A stretch of 60,056 nucleotides of DNA, taken from the IMG/VR virus record IMGVR_UViG_3300033156_000984, positions 1 to 60,056 of that record; one strand, 5' to 3'. The notes beneath the pieces are model-generated. The model had not been told where the DNA came from, did no database searches, and was given only the letters and a program-made list of their open reading frames with translations. Numbering within the stretch: the first letter of the stretch is position 1; each line of letters starts with the position of its first letter. Positions 20,501 to 30,292 of this stretch are shown here, piece after piece. Source of the stretch: a virus. Its lineage: Duplodnaviria; Caudoviricetes. A program made the position numbers and the translations under genes.

Positions 20501-20550
20501 AGTCAGAGATTGAAAGGAAGGGAGATGAAAAATGGTGGGAAGAAATTTAA
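17533..20550 (+). CDS. AEP primase(-polymerase) fused to an MCM-like AAA+ helicase
   Basis: AEP motifs LYFDLD and FSGCKGFH; Cys-rich primase C-domain (PPC...FIC...C..NC); Zn finger; Walker A GDTGSGKT, Walker B VIDEF, Arg finger IRRLD. Confidence 0.85.
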   Translation: MLNYYIDDFEGRFIYVDIYTNKLGWKRIRISEAREEVQKYTSDVYATIQQWEKSKFDEGELEYTPLYFDLDGKFEETLEDAKKIIQFFEETLELKQPAYQIFFSGCKGFHIIIHQKVFGILPSNNLTYIHKDIAQFLTEVLNLKTLDERVYSRRRQLRVLNTKHSKSKLYKVEISREELFEITSFNDISAISSKPRNPLFGLESFEILSQFPLACTWFQSFVKAYQEKERLRRFQPIEKLEFQGEHPPCVEQLLNEHIQKENTRNMATLALATYFKDIGTSPEETLRILIDWILKIPRHLTSKKTDRELIAATKSVVDTVYRYPERYHFICAVMKNLGMECNILNCPVIKHEQKLQPISLSLKDAFSADYVGIPSLISIIPIGRSDTNYVYPKSVRFTCQMQNSQKTCSICPMMDKDELIIEVPQENIVSLIKISDSGLEKYLRGLARIPNCKYVKAQILEFGDAIEMEAVENINPLNDSSSLSSSESIVRPIIYLNKTFPYSEEIMLQGRTVRNPKDQSIIYIADSVISTSSTISSFELSEEDIEALTIFQAGGNINNIQKKLDEIYEDLENNIINIYERRDMLIAIDLIFHTPLFFRLDNRNHKGWGELFILGDTGSGKTSAIEAFIKFYGLGVRVSGESSKRTGLAWTYYKYGDQWRIRFGIIPMNDRKLVVIDEFSGIPEEEFKKLTDMRSSGIADARGGVVSGIAYARTRLIYISNPKSGLSLNHYTFPISALKELMPRKEDIRRLDLVIGARTEDVDVEILHSFEKKDVEHNYENELCRKLILWIWSRNPEQIIIKEEALKKVETWARYLSNRYSVDIPLCMASDLKLKIIRLSLGLAGRLFSTDDGENLILEPEHVEFIGTFLKKIYDSPSLDFLGYSHAHFDTLQPSEEFLKEIIGEIIIIPNSIQMANFLLITPRFNKSTICEMLGWDGDEFKEAMRKMAKFKLIEASKNRGYRITPFGILVMKRLLEKEDELQKIQEQTKSEIERKGDEKWWEEI

Positions 20551-21026
20551 GCGAAGATTTAGTTATGGGTATCGATCCAGATTCAAAGAAATGTGGTGTT
20601 GTAATCTTAGATCCCTATAATGAAAGGAAAGTAGTATATGCAACTACATACAAAACACAATTTGAGGATGAAGTAGAACGATTAAATGATATAGCTACTT
20701 CAATAGAAGTCTTATTACTGAAATATCATCCTGAATATATAGTCTGCGAGATGTATCATAATACCCTTCCATTCAGATTTGTGAAGATTATTTTTAAATT
20801 GCTTGGTATGATAGAAAAAACAGTCTATGAATTTGGTAGTAAAATGATTTATATCACAGGAACTAGAGCGAAGAAAAAAATTGGATTAAGAGGAAATGCA
20901 TCAAAAGAAGAAGTTAAACGAAGGATGGAAGAAATCTTAAAATTTAATTTCGAAACCTTGGATGAATCAGATGCAGCTTTAGTTGCATATGCATTTACAT
21001 TAGAACTCAATGGAGATCAAGCTTAA
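20532..21026 (+). CDS. ruvC: RuvC-like Holliday junction resolvase
   Basis: MGIDP, VCE, GNASKEEV, DESDA. Confidence 0.85.
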   Translation: MVGRNLSEDLVMGIDPDSKKCGVVILDPYNERKVVYATTYKTQFEDEVERLNDIATSIEVLLLKYHPEYIVCEMYHNTLPFRFVKIIFKLLGMIEKTVYEFGSKMIYITGTRAKKKIGLRGNASKEEVKRRMEEILKFNFETLDESDAALVAYAFTLELNGDQA

Positions 21027-21371
21027 TCCAATTCCTAGAATCCATTCTTCATCCTGGAAATTATAACCTGAGCATATTATAACTTTAATATCAATAAAAT
21101 CAGGTAGGTATTCCCAATTAAATTTCTCAGATAGATTTAATAATGAAACTCCTAATCCAGCTAGAATATCATTATCATCAGCTCCACCTATTAGCTCAAG
21201 ATAATCATTGAATTTTACAACTGGTATTATTGGAGAAGCTTTAATCTCGTCGCTTACAAAATCATAATAAGAATAAAGTTGTAATTTTGCTTCCCATTCA
21301 GGAATTTCTTTAGCATTAATTATAGGGATCAATAAACTCAGGATTAAAGTAATCAATATGAATCTTATCAT
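21000..21371 (-). CDS. Secreted beta-strand protein with C-terminal Phe (outer-membrane barrel-like)
   Basis: Signal peptide MIRFILITLILSLLIPIINA; alternating strands; ends GIGLSLISIEF. Confidence 0.5.
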   Translation of the reverse strand: MIRFILITLILSLLIPIINAKEIPEWEAKLQLYSYYDFVSDEIKASPIIPVVKFNDYLELIGGADDNDILAGLGVSLLNLSEKFNWEYLPDFIDIKVIICSGYNFQDEEWILGIGLSLISIEF

Positions 21372-21718
21372 TCGTTCCCACCTCCATCACCGTTTCCTAG
21401 AATAGTTAGCACCTCATTTAAGGAAGAATTTGTCTCATTCAATGCTGCTCCTATTATTCTTAATTGCTTTTCTATCAAATCAATCTTATATCGTATTTCC
21501 TGCAGATTGTCTTCCATCTCATTCATTCTATCAGAATTATTTTCTATCATCACAGAATGTGTATTTAATCGTTCTCCATAGGATTTAATCTTCTCATCAA
21601 TTCTATAATATCCTCCACTGACTACTGCTATCAAAATGATTAGATAAACCAAGCTATTTAGATATCCCTTCTTAATAAAGAAATCCATTAAGATATCTCT
21701 CATTATAATCCCTCCCAC
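21368..21718 (-). CDS. Single-TM coiled-coil protein (holin/spanin-like position)
   Basis: TM LVYLIILIAVVSGGY followed by heptads; lies after the tail fibre genes. Confidence 0.45.
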   Translation of the reverse strand: MGGIIMRDILMDFFIKKGYLNSLVYLIILIAVVSGGYYRIDEKIKSYGERLNTHSVMIENNSDRMNEMEDNLQEIRYKIDLIEKQLRIIGAALNETNSSLNEVLTILGNGDGGGNE

Positions 21719-22929
21719 ATCACATAGTTGAAATAATTTTCATAATAAATCGCATCAGCCGTCACCATTGAATTATTAATGAAGCTTGCATCTATACTTG
21801 TGAAAGTACAATTACTTCTACTATCATTTAATTTCATATCAGATAATGATCCCATATAAACATTTCCAATGAAATCAGCTGAAATCATACTACTTTCATT
21901 AATTATACATTTTGAAAATGAGTTGGGAATATTTTCCTCACTACCAAGTTCAATGATTGAATCATTAATTATAACATTTTCATAATTGGTCCATGCCCAA
22001 AGCTCATTCTTTAATCTACTCTTATTAATTATTCCACTTGAATTTTCTTCATTAAAAATTCTTGTAATATATTCTAATTCGCAATTATCAAATATAGCAA
22101 AATTATATAAATGAGTATCCCCAAATGAACCGCTTAGAAATACATTTCTTAGCCGACAATTCTCAAAAAATATTGGTGAATAACTTACTTGACGAATAAT
22201 CAAATTACTAATATCACAATTTTTAAATTTTACGCTTTTTGGATAGTAAAATGTGATGGTATTATTAAGTCCATCTATTTTACAATTTTCGAAGTAATAT
22301 TCCCCAGTTTCAAATATTGCATATCCCGGAATATAGTTCGTATCATTACTCCAGACATGTTCTTTCCCTTGATAATTATCTACATATGAAGCCATATTAC
22401 AAGTTTCATATAGATAAAAAGTTACATCGATAGTATCATCATATTCATGATATACGTAATTCTTTACACTAAACAGTAATCTATTTGCGACAATATATCT
22501 TACATTTGCTAAATCATTAGTCGTGAAAGTGCTACCACTTCCGTTTGCATAATTTTTCCTAGGTTCAACATCAAATAAGACTATATCTGTCCCTAATCTT
22601 CCGCTTGCTCCTAATGTAATATTAGAATTTATGATTACCGTAGGTGGACTCTCCCACCCAATTATAGAAAAATCTTGTCCTACAATACTTGAATCGATAG
22701 TAATTAAGGTATGTGTGGTATATCCGTAATCTTTATTCAAATTAAAAACCCAGATTGCGGGAGCTGAATTTTCATTTATAATATATTTCCCAACCTGTCC
22801 TTGAAATAGATAATGCTCTTCTAAAGCTTCAAGGATATTCATGTTATTTAATAAATCACGAAAATTTTCTCTGATATATTTCGCAAACTGACTTATTCCG
22901 ATTGGCGGATAATATTCTTTAAAGCTCAT
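21703..22929 (-). CDS. Tail fibre/receptor-binding protein with beta-helix-like repeats
   Basis: Repeated FENC/FKNC/FDNC and INxS motifs. Confidence 0.6.
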   Translation of the reverse strand: MSFKEYYPPIGISQFAKYIRENFRDLLNNMNILEALEEHYLFQGQVGKYIINENSAPAIWVFNLNKDYGYTTHTLITIDSSIVGQDFSIIGWESPPTVIINSNITLGASGRLGTDIVLFDVEPRKNYANGSGSTFTTNDLANVRYIVANRLLFSVKNYVYHEYDDTIDVTFYLYETCNMASYVDNYQGKEHVWSNDTNYIPGYAIFETGEYYFENCKIDGLNNTITFYYPKSVKFKNCDISNLIIRQVSYSPIFFENCRLRNVFLSGSFGDTHLYNFAIFDNCELEYITRIFNEENSSGIINKSRLKNELWAWTNYENVIINDSIIELGSEENIPNSFSKCIINESSMISADFIGNVYMGSLSDMKLNDSRSNCTFTSIDASFINNSMVTADAIYYENYFNYVMWEGL

Positions 22930-22932
22930 AAG

Positions 22933-24213
22933 CTAGTATCCCTCCTTGTTATTAAATATCATATTATCCGACCCCGAAATTACCAATGAAGTTGTAACCA
23001 TCGCACCAATTTTAAATTCATTGCCATAGACGATATTCTTATTTCCTAATTTAAGATAATATCTTTCCGTTGGATATTGAAAATCACTTCCATAAGTGGG
23101 TACGTAACCTTCTGAAAATTCATTCCCATAGATTAAACATTGATTACATAATGGTCCCTTTGTAACATAAATAATATTACCGCTTAATAATGCATTAGTT
23201 AAAGCGCCAAAATTTTCTAGTAGCATAATTGAATTACCAACGATCTTAGCTCTTCCATCAGTGATATTAAATCCGGAAGATGAATCTTCAAACCTATTTC
23301 CAATTACTTCCAATAAAGTTCCCGCTGAATTCATACTGATATCAAGATTATTACCACCAAATACACAACCTAATACACTTACTTGATATCCCGAAACAAC
23401 TTCGATAGCTGTTGCACAATGATAAAACCTACAATTCTTGAATATACAGTTCTTTATATTACTTAGTCTTACACCATTAGCATTGCCATATCCATTGAAT
23501 TCACAATTTATGAAGATATAATTTCCGCCTATTAAGTTCAGGAATACTCCATCTGGCTCACCATAGAACTTGATATTTTCAAAGATAATATTATTACGAT
23601 GATCTTCAATTACATATTCCGAACCAAAATATCCATAACTCCAATTAGCAAATTCAACAACAATAGTAGTAGCATTTACTACTGAAGCTATAGTTCTATC
23701 TCCACCTTGAGTACGAATAGTAGAACCCTCCATTGAAGAATCCCAATCTGTTCCTATTCCAACTACTGTAACTGAAGATTCATTCTCAATTGAAATACTT
23801 CCGATATCATAAGGATCGTTTGCATGAGTATATAATCTTCCCCCATAAAAACCTATTGAATGATCTGTTTCCATATGTCCATAAATTCTTAATGAATGAG
23901 TCATCAAAGTATCTTGTGTAATACTAAGACTTTCAACGATATAAGTTCCGGGAACTGAGAATACTATTGGATGTCTAAAGATTTGGGTAGTGACAACTTC
24001 CCATCCTGTATCTGCATCATAGATTTTTAATTGAGAATTTGAGGTATCATACCATAGAATACCATATCTTTCATCGGAAGGTACATTCATTGAAGCTAAA
24101 TCAGGTTCAGTAGGTCCTGCAAGACATGTAAATATACTTCTGAAATTATTTTGTATTTCAGCTACCCAATTAGTTGATGTATCTGATGGAGCATTCCAAT
24201 CAAACGATTGCAT
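22933..24213 (-). CDS. Tail spike with parallel beta-helix (pectin lyase-like fold)
   Basis: N-terminal GILWYDTSNSQLKIYD fibre motif; FINCEF/FKNCRF/GNxF repeats. Confidence 0.7.
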   Translation of the reverse strand: MQSFDWNAPSDTSTNWVAEIQNNFRSIFTCLAGPTEPDLASMNVPSDERYGILWYDTSNSQLKIYDADTGWEVVTTQIFRHPIVFSVPGTYIVESLSITQDTLMTHSLRIYGHMETDHSIGFYGGRLYTHANDPYDIGSISIENESSVTVVGIGTDWDSSMEGSTIRTQGGDRTIASVVNATTIVVEFANWSYGYFGSEYVIEDHRNNIIFENIKFYGEPDGVFLNLIGGNYIFINCEFNGYGNANGVRLSNIKNCIFKNCRFYHCATAIEVVSGYQVSVLGCVFGGNNLDISMNSAGTLLEVIGNRFEDSSSGFNITDGRAKIVGNSIMLLENFGALTNALLSGNIIYVTKGPLCNQCLIYGNEFSEGYVPTYGSDFQYPTERYYLKLGNKNIVYGNEFKIGAMVTTSLVISGSDNMIFNNKEGY

Positions 24214-24227
24214 GAATATCCACCTCG

Positions 24228-26909
24228 CTATAATTCATAAACCATGAATCTAATTAATGCATTAGTTATATTCCAGTTTCTATCATAAGTATAAATTCTT
24301 TTATTTGAATAGTCAATACTTACAATATTATTCGATTCAAAATGCGCTCGTATTAAGTACATAACTGAATCGTTGACATAACTTGAGTAATCAAATGAAC
24401 CATTTACTTCTATTAATGAAGAATGTACTAATTCAGTATCTAAAGTAAACCATGCAATTATAGAATCAAAGAATTGAATCATATTAGAAGCTAATGAACA
24501 AGTTAATTTAAATGAAATAGAATTAGTTTCTAACTCAGAAGAATATCCCAATTCCCAATCTGAATATGAACCGGCTGGAATTCTTACTAAGGTCACATCA
24601 TCATTAAGTAAAGTCATATCTATCATATAATCATTTCTTTTAGCATAATCAAATTCACCGTTTGGTTTAAAAGTTATGGTATTAGGCAATGAAACATTAT
24701 CAAACGTAATCATATAACTTTCTGAATGCGGCAAACCCCATCTTGAGGTATTCCAAGTAATTGAATCAAATTGTATACTTGGATTCGGAAAAATTCCTCG
24801 TTCTTCAGTTTCACTTTGATGGGGTTTCAATACCAAAGAACATGTAACTAAATATGGAGTTAATGAGTACGAAGTAGCTAAACTTGGATTATGATGTATT
24901 ATATCTAGATAAGCATTATCATACTGAGCTGGATTATATGTAAATTTCATCACAGTATTTTCAATGAATGAGAATTTCCATTGTATTAACAAATAATGTA
25001 TATCATCCTTAACAGTATTCTGGAACATAGCTTTACCATCATTCGATACAACTGAAACTTCTTTAAGTTTGAATGGGAGCTTAAGATACCTAATTCCATG
25101 TCCTCTAACTCTATCATCTGTATTTGGTAAAAGTCTCACTAACCAATAAGCACGATCAATAGAGACAGAATAATATGAACTATCTATTATATCTAAACTC
25201 TCATCTAATACAGTAACTATCCTAGTATTTTCTAAAGTTCCCCAAACTATTTGAGGAAACCGAATTCTAAATTCAAGAACATCATATTCATCTATACTGA
25301 TATCTAAGATTTCTAACTCAAGTTCAAAATCTGAATATACATCTAAAAGCTCTTCAACTGTAGGTACAATTACTTCATGAGTATAACATCTTGATTGACT
25401 AAAGATAGGTTCATCACCTAAATACGGAATTAAAGTAACTAAATATCTTCCAGGATTTAAACCTATCGTAATACTAGTTCGATTAGTTGAATATTGAACT
25501 GAGCCAACCTTCAATACATATCTCCATCCAGCAGTTTGTGATCTCCATTTAAATTGTACTTGTGGTACAATCATTCCTTCTTCTGAAATTCCTAAACCCA
25601 AAATCTTGAATGTAAAATCAGGAGGTTCATACATGTCCGATATTGAAAATGATGATTCATATACATAATCAATGTTATAAAAATCTTCCCAGTTTGGTAT
25701 ATCCTCTCTGAGATAAATATCTGGAGAATATTCTATTGCTTCAATAGATAAAATGTCTCCTTCTTCATGTGAGATAGAAACAACTCTGAAAGATTTCTCA
25801 ACTCCGTTACCAAATGATGGATGCGAGATATTAATTACTTGACCAGGTAAGATATCTTGAAACTTAGCTAAAGGTACTTTAAATGATGCCTTCCATCTAA
25901 CATATTCCATGGATCGTAACAATGTTGTTCCAATCAACATCGCATGTTCTTTCTTAGTGATAGATTTCAAATCCATCTCAGAAATCCTAATATTTTCTCC
26001 TTGTCTTAATGGACCCTTATTCCTTAATTCAATTGTAGCTCTCTCATAGTTTTCATCTACATCTAAGAATGATATCCTAAGTACATTAGCTTTCTGAAAC
26101 TCTTCAAAAGTTGATACACTGAATTCTCTAATATCATTTTCATCAAAAGTAGCAACTGGTACTTCATATTTCTCACATCCAAGATAAATTTTACCATTCA
26201 TCCAATAAAGAAATCCCATGAATGAAGCACATATATTTTTGATTACATCTGATGATTTGGATTTCTGATCAACTACATAATTACATTCAAATCTAAGATG
26301 CCATTTATCTAAAGGTGGACAATAAACTACCTTATTACAATATTTTGCTACTTCAATAAACGAATCAGTATCAATCTGCGATGGATCTATTACATTACCA
26401 AGTCCATATCTCTTTGAAGTAAGGAAATCGTATAAACAATAAGCTGGATTACTAAACCAATGTCGTAGCCTAAATCTATCACAAGCTTGAGCAATATATG
26501 CAGGTGGTGATGGAAATAAATATATGTAAACATTATCCCCATCCTCAATTACATTTTTAATATAATATATCGCTCCAGTTTCTCCCCAAGGAATAACAGT
26601 AATTACTTCACCTTCCTTAATAATAATTCCTGCGTTATCTAATTCTGTTTTTGATGCTCTGATATAATATTCATTAGAATATTTCCATTCTAGTATCCTA
26701 ACCGATTTACGTGGATATGTGGATGTATTCAAATTCAAATTCAAAACTGGAATTCCTGTAGCCACTATTTTAATATTAGGGATATTGAGGGTATTGGATT
26801 CAGAACGAACTATAACTCCCTCAACAGCAGTACCAACGAAATTGAACTCTTCGCTAGGATATACTACTTGTATAGATTCCAACCATGTAGCAACTACGTA
26901 CTTACTCAC
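24228..26909 (-). CDS. Tail tip attachment protein (lambda J-like), C-terminal part
   Basis: SNPAYCLYDFLTSKRYGLG, IDTDSF, RFECNYVVD, PGQVINISH, IEAIEYSPDIY. Confidence 0.85.
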   Translation of the reverse strand: MSKYVVATWLESIQVVYPSEEFNFVGTAVEGVIVRSESNTLNIPNIKIVATGIPVLNLNLNTSTYPRKSVRILEWKYSNEYYIRASKTELDNAGIIIKEGEVITVIPWGETGAIYYIKNVIEDGDNVYIYLFPSPPAYIAQACDRFRLRHWFSNPAYCLYDFLTSKRYGLGNVIDPSQIDTDSFIEVAKYCNKVVYCPPLDKWHLRFECNYVVDQKSKSSDVIKNICASFMGFLYWMNGKIYLGCEKYEVPVATFDENDIREFSVSTFEEFQKANVLRISFLDVDENYERATIELRNKGPLRQGENIRISEMDLKSITKKEHAMLIGTTLLRSMEYVRWKASFKVPLAKFQDILPGQVINISHPSFGNGVEKSFRVVSISHEEGDILSIEAIEYSPDIYLREDIPNWEDFYNIDYVYESSFSISDMYEPPDFTFKILGLGISEEGMIVPQVQFKWRSQTAGWRYVLKVGSVQYSTNRTSITIGLNPGRYLVTLIPYLGDEPIFSQSRCYTHEVIVPTVEELLDVYSDFELELEILDISIDEYDVLEFRIRFPQIVWGTLENTRIVTVLDESLDIIDSSYYSVSIDRAYWLVRLLPNTDDRVRGHGIRYLKLPFKLKEVSVVSNDGKAMFQNTVKDDIHYLLIQWKFSFIENTVMKFTYNPAQYDNAYLDIIHHNPSLATSYSLTPYLVTCSLVLKPHQSETEERGIFPNPSIQFDSITWNTSRWGLPHSESYMITFDNVSLPNTITFKPNGEFDYAKRNDYMIDMTLLNDDVTLVRIPAGSYSDWELGYSSELETNSISFKLTCSLASNMIQFFDSIIAWFTLDTELVHSSLIEVNGSFDYSSYVNDSVMYLIRAHFESNNIVSIDYSNKRIYTYDRNWNITNALIRFMVYEL

Positions 26910-28015
26910 CAGAACTTCAGTCCCCTCTTTCTAATATCCTTACTTCTCCAACAATAATCTATCCAGACCATTAATTCATATTGCCCAGCTTCAGGAAATT
27001 CAACTAGTATAGAAGTACGATATGATTCTTGTACCCTTGCTTCAAGATAAAACTTTTCCTCTACCCAACCATAATCTGGTGAATCACAAATTTGATCGTT
27101 AGTTACTCCAAGTTTACGATATCTAATTACGAAATGCATATATACTGTTTCAATATCCCCATCATCACAAATATAGAATATCCCACTTGGGCTTTGCAAA
27201 TTTAATATCACTGCTTCATAATCTCGTGAAGTAGATATTTCAAAGGTATGAGGTTCCCCATGTACTGGTTCGCTAGATTCAACCAACTGCTCATTAATTT
27301 CAATATATTCGGTATCATTAAATCTATTCCATTCCTTAAGAATTACCTCAGGATTCTTTTCGCTAACACTATAAGTAACATTTTTCTGAGTTGAGACACC
27401 AACTATCTCATATGTATCATTATCCACTTCTCTTCTATCAACAGAATAAATCGCTTCACCAATTCCATAAAGTGCCAGGATATAATTACTAGGTTTACCA
27501 CTAACCCTGACCTGTTCCCAAAATGGAATAATTTCTTCCTGTATCCTGCGTTTTCTATTAACTAAACCTCTATATTCAGTCTTTAAGCTAGTACGATCTT
27601 GCCATCTATCTATAGAAGTTATTTCTGCTATCCTTGCATTAATATATTCTAATTCATCATACAAGGATGTTAAATCCTTTTTCCTTTCACCAATCAAATC
27701 ACCAGAAGTAAATGTATAATTAAGAATCTGCGCACCTACCTTACAGGTACCATATATTATTGGTATTGGAGAATTCTTTGCTAATCTTGCATTTATTCCT
27801 CTACTTGAATATACTGATTCTTGTACTTCTATATCTCCAAATGTACTACGTTGAATTTCACGATATTGAAAATAGCCACCAACTAAAAATCCAATGGAAG
27901 CGCCAGTAGCAACTGCTGTAGCTAATGATACAGTTGCTGGTAACCATCCAACACCAAAGGTTGCTGCACCTAATATTGCACCTAAAATTGTCGCACCTAA
28001 AGCTTTCCTACCCAT
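26906..28015 (-). CDS. Tail tip protein (J-like N-terminal part)
   Basis: Gly/Ala hydrophobic N-terminus, PIPIIYG, YGIGEA, GQYE. Confidence 0.75.
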   Translation of the reverse strand: MGRKALGATILGAILGAATFGVGWLPATVSLATAVATGASIGFLVGGYFQYREIQRSTFGDIEVQESVYSSRGINARLAKNSPIPIIYGTCKVGAQILNYTFTSGDLIGERKKDLTSLYDELEYINARIAEITSIDRWQDRTSLKTEYRGLVNRKRRIQEEIIPFWEQVRVSGKPSNYILALYGIGEAIYSVDRREVDNDTYEIVGVSTQKNVTYSVSEKNPEVILKEWNRFNDTEYIEINEQLVESSEPVHGEPHTFEISTSRDYEAVILNLQSPSGIFYICDDGDIETVYMHFVIRYRKLGVTNDQICDSPDYGWVEEKFYLEARVQESYRTSILVEFPEAGQYELMVWIDYCWRSKDIRKRGLKFW

Positions 28016-28328
28016 TCTTGAATCTCCTAAATATTAATCTTGGACGAATGTCTTTTATAATTCTAAATTTACCGAACCTATCAAGAATTTCAATTAAGTT
28101 ATTATCATATCCTTTACCAAACTGAATCTTACCTACTCGTAATAATATTACTATATCATCAACATGAAGCTGGTTTTCAATCTCATAATGCTTAATCAAT
28201 TCCCTTAAATCATTGATTGCATTAATCCATTTATAGCAATCCAGATCATTCAAGCTGAGGAAATCCTCCAAAATTTTTTGTATTTTTATGAGCAAGACAT
28301 CCATTTGGACCTCCGTAAGTTTTATCAC
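28008..28328 (-). CDS. Small tail protein, degenerate NlpC/P60 (gpK-like position)
   Basis: LDCY motif and position; the true start is probably the TTG just before NDLDCY, after GGAGG. Confidence 0.4.
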   Translation of the reverse strand: MIKLTEVQMDVLLIKIQKILEDFLSLNDLDCYKWINAINDLRELIKHYEIENQLHVDDIVILLRVGKIQFGKGYDNNLIEILDRFGKFRIIKDIRPRLIFRRFKNG

Positions 28329-29103
28329 ATTCAGTCATACTAGCTGAAGGAAAATTAGTTAAATCTATAGTATTTGATCCTTCAGGAGTACCAAATTTAC
28401 AATTTTCATCTCCGAAGTTCCATGGACAGAAATCTCTAATATAGTATCTCAATGGGAATGAAGCATCAAAGAATCCCAGTACTGATGATAGATCTACTTC
28501 AATTCTTTCATCAGAAATCGAGATCATTTTAATGAAATATTCTTCTGATATCCCAGCACTTAATCCTGATGCTATGAAATCTTCTAGATATCCATGATAA
28601 ATTTTAATTTTCTTGCCTTCTAACTTATAAGCGTGAAATAAGCTTGAGAATGCAGGATTTAGATTCGAAACATCTAATCTTAATGAAGGTAACGAATCCT
28701 TAATGACACGCTCGAATGCACCTCTAGTGAATGCAAACGGTGAAAATGTGATATTTGATATTACTTGTGTCTCAGCAATATCTATGAAATTATACATATC
28801 AACATAATCATTATAATCCAAAGTAGTGTTAATATTTCCTTCATATAAAATCTCATTCGAAGTAAGTGAATATACAGTAATTTGATAACTACCATCAGGA
28901 GAAATAACAATATTATCCAAATACTCAAACCAAGTATCAGTAGTTATAACATCTGATGATGGATAAATATTTTCAGTAATTCCACTCCTCATTGCTGAAT
29001 TACCACTGATAGTAACTGTAGTATTAGAATATGGACTTAATCTAATCTCTAATCTTCCACCAACCTTAACCTGAATTAGTTCAACTACTGTGTATTCACT
29101 CAT
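28246..29103 (-). CDS. Minor tail protein (lambda L/BR0599-like)
   Basis: CPW...C...CDKT...C...NFGGFP Cys motif at the C-terminus. Confidence 0.8.
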   Translation of the reverse strand: MSEYTVVELIQVKVGGRLEIRLSPYSNTTVTISGNSAMRSGITENIYPSSDVITTDTWFEYLDNIVISPDGSYQITVYSLTSNEILYEGNINTTLDYNDYVDMYNFIDIAETQVISNITFSPFAFTRGAFERVIKDSLPSLRLDVSNLNPAFSSLFHAYKLEGKKIKIYHGYLEDFIASGLSAGISEEYFIKMISISDERIEVDLSSVLGFFDASFPLRYYIRDFCPWNFGDENCKFGTPEGSNTIDLTNFPSASMTECDKTYGGPNGCLAHKNTKNFGGFPQLE

Positions 29104-30044
29104 ACCTTAACCTCCACTAAAGGTAATTCAAACTCATCAATTACTTCAGGAATATAATCATGATAAGGAATCTCAATTGTATCAGAATCAATCCTAACTC
29201 TAAATAATGGAAGATATCTTATATGATATACTCCATTGGCATCAAAGGTAATAATCTTATTTTCATAATCTATACTGTAATTCTCATAAGGATCTCCGTT
29301 ATCATCATATACATTTTCAGAATGTGGCATTATCATATGTGACAATGTAACTCCTGAGCCAGAATAATTAATTGTTTCGATTATATAATCTTGTAGAGGA
29401 TCGAAGAACAGGAAATCCTCATATTTACCATATGATATACTAATCATTCTTCGTATCTCATCACCATATTTTTCCTCGAGTAGTTGTGGTACTTTAATAG
29501 TCCATGATTTAATAGAAGAACTCCATCGTCTTGCACGATGCTCAACACCACCATCTGAGACAAATACTAATGTTTTATAATTATCACTTGGTACAATATT
29601 AGCAAATGGAATGACGAAGAAATAATCCCAGAAATAGAAACTTCTAACATTTTCTCGATAAACTATTTTTCCTGAAGGATCAGTATCATGTACACGGAAT
29701 TCAATATTAATCTGTCCATAATCAAAGAACGCTGTAAATACATATTTCTTAAGTTTGAATTTACCATATCCATTATTAACTGATGCGGAAGGAAGCTCCC
29801 CCCAATAAGTACCTTCAGTATGGAAATCCCAAACAAATCTAGTTGTATTAGAAGATGAATTAAACTGAACTGTGCTATCTTTTTGTTGCATTATCACTGA
29901 ATATGCATACGATGATACTCCAGAAATCTCAGGTACATTAAATATAGTATCAGAATAATTTTCAGCAGAAATCACTTCACATTGATTTTTTATATGTGAA
30001 TTAAAATGATATACATTATGCCAACCTGAAGAGTTCCAACTCAT
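29100..30044 (-). CDS. Distal tail protein (DUF2460-like)
   Basis: SDGGVEHRARRWS, GKYEDFLFFDP, VRIDSD, LVEVK; follows the TMP. Confidence 0.7.
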   Translation of the reverse strand: MSWNSSGWHNVYHFNSHIKNQCEVISAENYSDTIFNVPEISGVSSYAYSVIMQQKDSTVQFNSSSNTTRFVWDFHTEGTYWGELPSASVNNGYGKFKLKKYVFTAFFDYGQINIEFRVHDTDPSGKIVYRENVRSFYFWDYFFVIPFANIVPSDNYKTLVFVSDGGVEHRARRWSSSIKSWTIKVPQLLEEKYGDEIRRMISISYGKYEDFLFFDPLQDYIIETINYSGSGVTLSHMIMPHSENVYDDNGDPYENYSIDYENKIITFDANGVYHIRYLPLFRVRIDSDTIEIPYHDYIPEVIDEFELPLVEVKV

Positions 30045-30292
30045 CGTACTTTCCTCCGTATAGCTTGAATTGTTGGACCATTACGTAATACATCCGCAGT
30101 AACTGTATTCACTACAACATCAGGATGATATTTCAATGATTCAGCAACAAATTCTGGTGTTATAACATTAACAAGCACAGTATTAGAAGTTGGTACTATT
30201 TCAGGAATTTTCTCCAATGGAATTACAGCTTCAGGACCACGTTCTGCAATTTGCGCAATAGTTGGTGAGGTTACAATTCCTCCTTTCTGCAA
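30041..30292 (-). CDS. Tape measure C-terminal segment in a shifted frame
   Basis: KGGIVTSPTIAQIAERGPEAVIPL is the usual TMP C-terminal motif. Confidence 0.7.
   Translation of the reverse strand: MQKGGIVTSPTIAQIAERGPEAVIPLEKIPEIVPTSNTVLVNVITPEFVAESLKYHPDVVVNTVTADVLRNGPTIQAIRRKVR

Noticed and set aside
21703-24213. Diversity-generating retroelement targeting the tail fibres
   Set aside because: No reverse transcriptase and no template/variable repeat pair seen.
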